A stretch of 64,000 nucleotides of DNA from Mobula hypostoma (taxonomy: Eukaryota): positions 94,180,001-94,244,000 of the forward strand of contig NC_086108.1 in assembly GCF_963921235.1 (NCBI RefSeq), read 5' to 3'. Within the stretch, counting starts at the first letter, position 1. Every line of letters starts with the position of its first letter. Below the pieces are notes generated by a model. It searched no databases. It saw nothing but the letters and a program-made list of their open reading frames with translations, and was not told the origin of the DNA. Position numbers and translations under genes: made by a program. Below, piece by piece: positions 61,745 through 64,000 of the stretch.

Positions 61745-62640
61745 GCAACACACACAAAATGCTGGAGGAACCCAGCAGGTCACGCAGCATCTATGGAAAA
61801 GAATAAATAGTTGAAGTTTCAGGCTGAGATCCTTCTTCCGTAGTGTAAAGGAAGAGAAAAGAGTAAAAAGTTGGGTGGGGGGGAAGGAGGATAGCTTGAA
61901 AGTGATAGGTGAAGCCGGGTGGGTAGGAAAGATAAAGGGCTGGAGAGGAAGGAATCCGATAGCAGAGGAAAATAGACCATGGGAGAAAGGGGAGGAGGAG
62001 GAGCACCAGGAGGAGATGTTAGGCAGAAGTAAGAGGCCAGAGTGGGGAATAGAAGAGGAGAGAAGGGGGAGGGGAAAATTACCAGGAGAAATCGATGTTC
62101 ATGCCATCAAGTTGGAGGCAACCCAGAAAGAATATACTGTAAGGTGTGGCTCCTCCACCTTGAGAGTGGCCTCATCATGGCACAAGAGGCGGCCATGGAC
62201 CAACATGATAGACCAGGGAAATTGAAATAGGAATTAAAATGGTTGTCCACTAGGAAATTCTGTTTTTGGCAGATGGAGTGCAGGTGCATGACAAAGCAGT
62301 CCCCTGATTTATGCTGGGTGTGCCCAATATAGACGAGGCCACATCAGGAGCACTGGATACAGTAGATGACCCTTAACAGAAGTGTTCCCTCACCTGGAAG
62401 GCTGTTGGTGAGCGAGGAGGTGAATGGGCAGGTGTAGCGCTTCTGCCGCTTAAAGGGATAAGTGTCATGAGGGAGATGAGTGGGGAGTGATGAACGGACA
62501 AGGCAATCACAGAGGGAGTGTTCCCTGTGGAAAGCAGAGGTGGGGGGAGGTAAAGATGTGTTTGGTGATAGGATCTTTTTGGAGATGGTGGAAGCTGTGG
62601 TGGATAATGTGTTGGATGTGGAGGCTCATAGGATGGTAGG
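61745..62640 (-). mobile_element. Decayed Penelope-like element: GIY-YIG endonuclease region joined to the hammerhead-bearing terminus
   Basis: 62370-62281 on the minus strand translates VIYCIQCS*CGLVYIGHTQHKSGDCFVMHL; the terminus at 61745-61845 matches the repeat family. Confidence 0.8.
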
Positions 62641-63279
62641 TAATAGAAGTCTAAAAAATTATGAGGAGCCAGTATATTTTCCCTGTGTCAAAATGTCTAA
62701 TACTTGAGGGTGTTGTCATGGCATTTAGAAGAATTTAATTGCAATGTTCAATGTTTTGAATGGATTAGCTCACTTGATGCAGAGATGTGATTTTATTTTT
62801 GTTGAGGTTGAGGAACTTGAACAAGGTGAACCATCTTAGGCAAGGGTGAGATGAGAATTTCCACTACTCAGGAACTGTAAATCTGTGAGATTTTCTACTC
62901 TGCTGTGGTCAATATGTGTTTGAATACTAAGGGAATCAGTCAATAAAGATCATGAGAGAAAATAGACCTAGGGTAAAGGGCCCAATGTAACTGAAAAGCA
63001 GCTTAGGCTTGAGGTAGCCAACTACCGTCCCAATTGTTTGTATACATAACTGTAAAGCCTTGAGTCCCAGACCATCAGATCTAGAAACCCTTCAAACGTC
63101 AGGCTCCCAAACCAGCACATTTCAGCGCTGAACTGATTCCACAATCTATAGACTCACTCTCAAGGACTCTACAATTATGTTTCCAATATTATTAATTAAT
63201 TGATTATTCTTTCTTATATTTGTACATGGGTTGTTCGCCTGCCTTTGTGTGTAGTTTTTCATTGAATCCATTGTACCTA

Positions 63280-63610
63280 GACCATAAGATACGAGAATAG
63301 AATTAGGCCACTTGGCCCATCGAGTCTGCTCTGCCATTTAATCATGGCTGATCCATTTTCCTCTCAGCCCCTTCTCCTCATCTCCCTTCATGCTCTGACT
63401 ATTCAGGAACCGATCAACCTCTACCTTAAATATACCCAATGACTTGACCTCCACAGCTGCCCGTAGCAACAAATTCCATAAATTCACCACTCTCTGGCTC
63501 AAGAAATTCCTCATTATCTCTGTTCTAAATGGATGTCCCTCTATTTTGAGGCTGTGTCCTCTGGTCTTATACTTCCCCACCATAGAAAATATCCTCTACA
63601 CATCTATTAT
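63280..63610 (-). mobile_element. CR1-like 3' fragment
   Basis: ORF 63338..63583 TRGHSLKIEG..QRVVNLW. Confidence 0.75.
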
Positions 63611-63704
63611 GAATGCCCACAAGAAAATTAGTCTCAGGGTAGTATATAGTGATATATACCCACTTAAAGACTAGACAATGAAGTAAACCTCTTTCTTTTC
63701 TCAG

Positions 63705-63876
63705 GTACAATACTTTGACTATCGGGATTGCTGTGGATATCCTGGGTTGCACAGGAAGCGTTGAAGAGAGAGCTGCGGTGTTGGCCAAGATTATCCAATT
63801 GGCAATGGAGCTGAAATACTCTATGGGGGATCTGTATGCCTTTTCTGCTGTAATGAAAACTTTAGACATGCCACAG
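63705..63876 (+). CDS. bcar3: BCAR3-like exon: YNTLTIGIAVDILGCTG...MGDLYAFSAVMKTLDMPQ (Cdc25-homology/GEF-like domain); gene continues past window
   Basis: tttctcag acceptor, CAG|gtattt donor; 172 nt, phase 2 to 0. Confidence 0.95.
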
Positions 63877-64000
63877 GTATTTTCTTCCTCATTGCTCTGG
63901 CAATCAAAATGTCTAGTTGTAATTGGCTATATTTAGCATTTTGTAAATTAAAATCAGTAAATATAGCAAAATGATTTTGTTTTTAACATTATCTGCATGG

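Overview
Eukaryotic (vertebrate) genomic DNA, very probably from a cartilaginous fish (ray/shark), judged from the HE1-like SINEs, HER1/CR1-like LINEs and Penelope-like repeats. One protein-coding gene is present on the + strand: a BCAR3-like NSP-family adaptor (SH2 domain plus GEF-like CAS-binding domain). Seven phase-compatible coding exons are readable: 24958-25038 (alternative first exon in a CpG-rich region), 42805-42933, 45219-45664, 49162-49262, 50952-51646, 57216-57331 and 63705-63876. The gene continues beyond the window end. The rest is dense with transposons: CR1, Rex1/Babar, RTE, SINEs, Tc1/pogo, Harbinger, hAT and solo LTRs. The most notable unannotated signal is a family of Penelope-like element (PLE) termini carrying minimal type-I hammerhead ribozymes. 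There are about 16 copies, two with intact cores, several flanked by target-site duplications, several in inverted pairs, and one apparently carrying captured local intron sequence. A second, distinct PLE/hammerhead family forms a ~575-bp inverted repeat. A local templated duplication preserves the empty site of a Harbinger insertion. Repeat boundaries are approximate unless a TSD/TIR is quoted. Family names come from motif recognition, not database searches.
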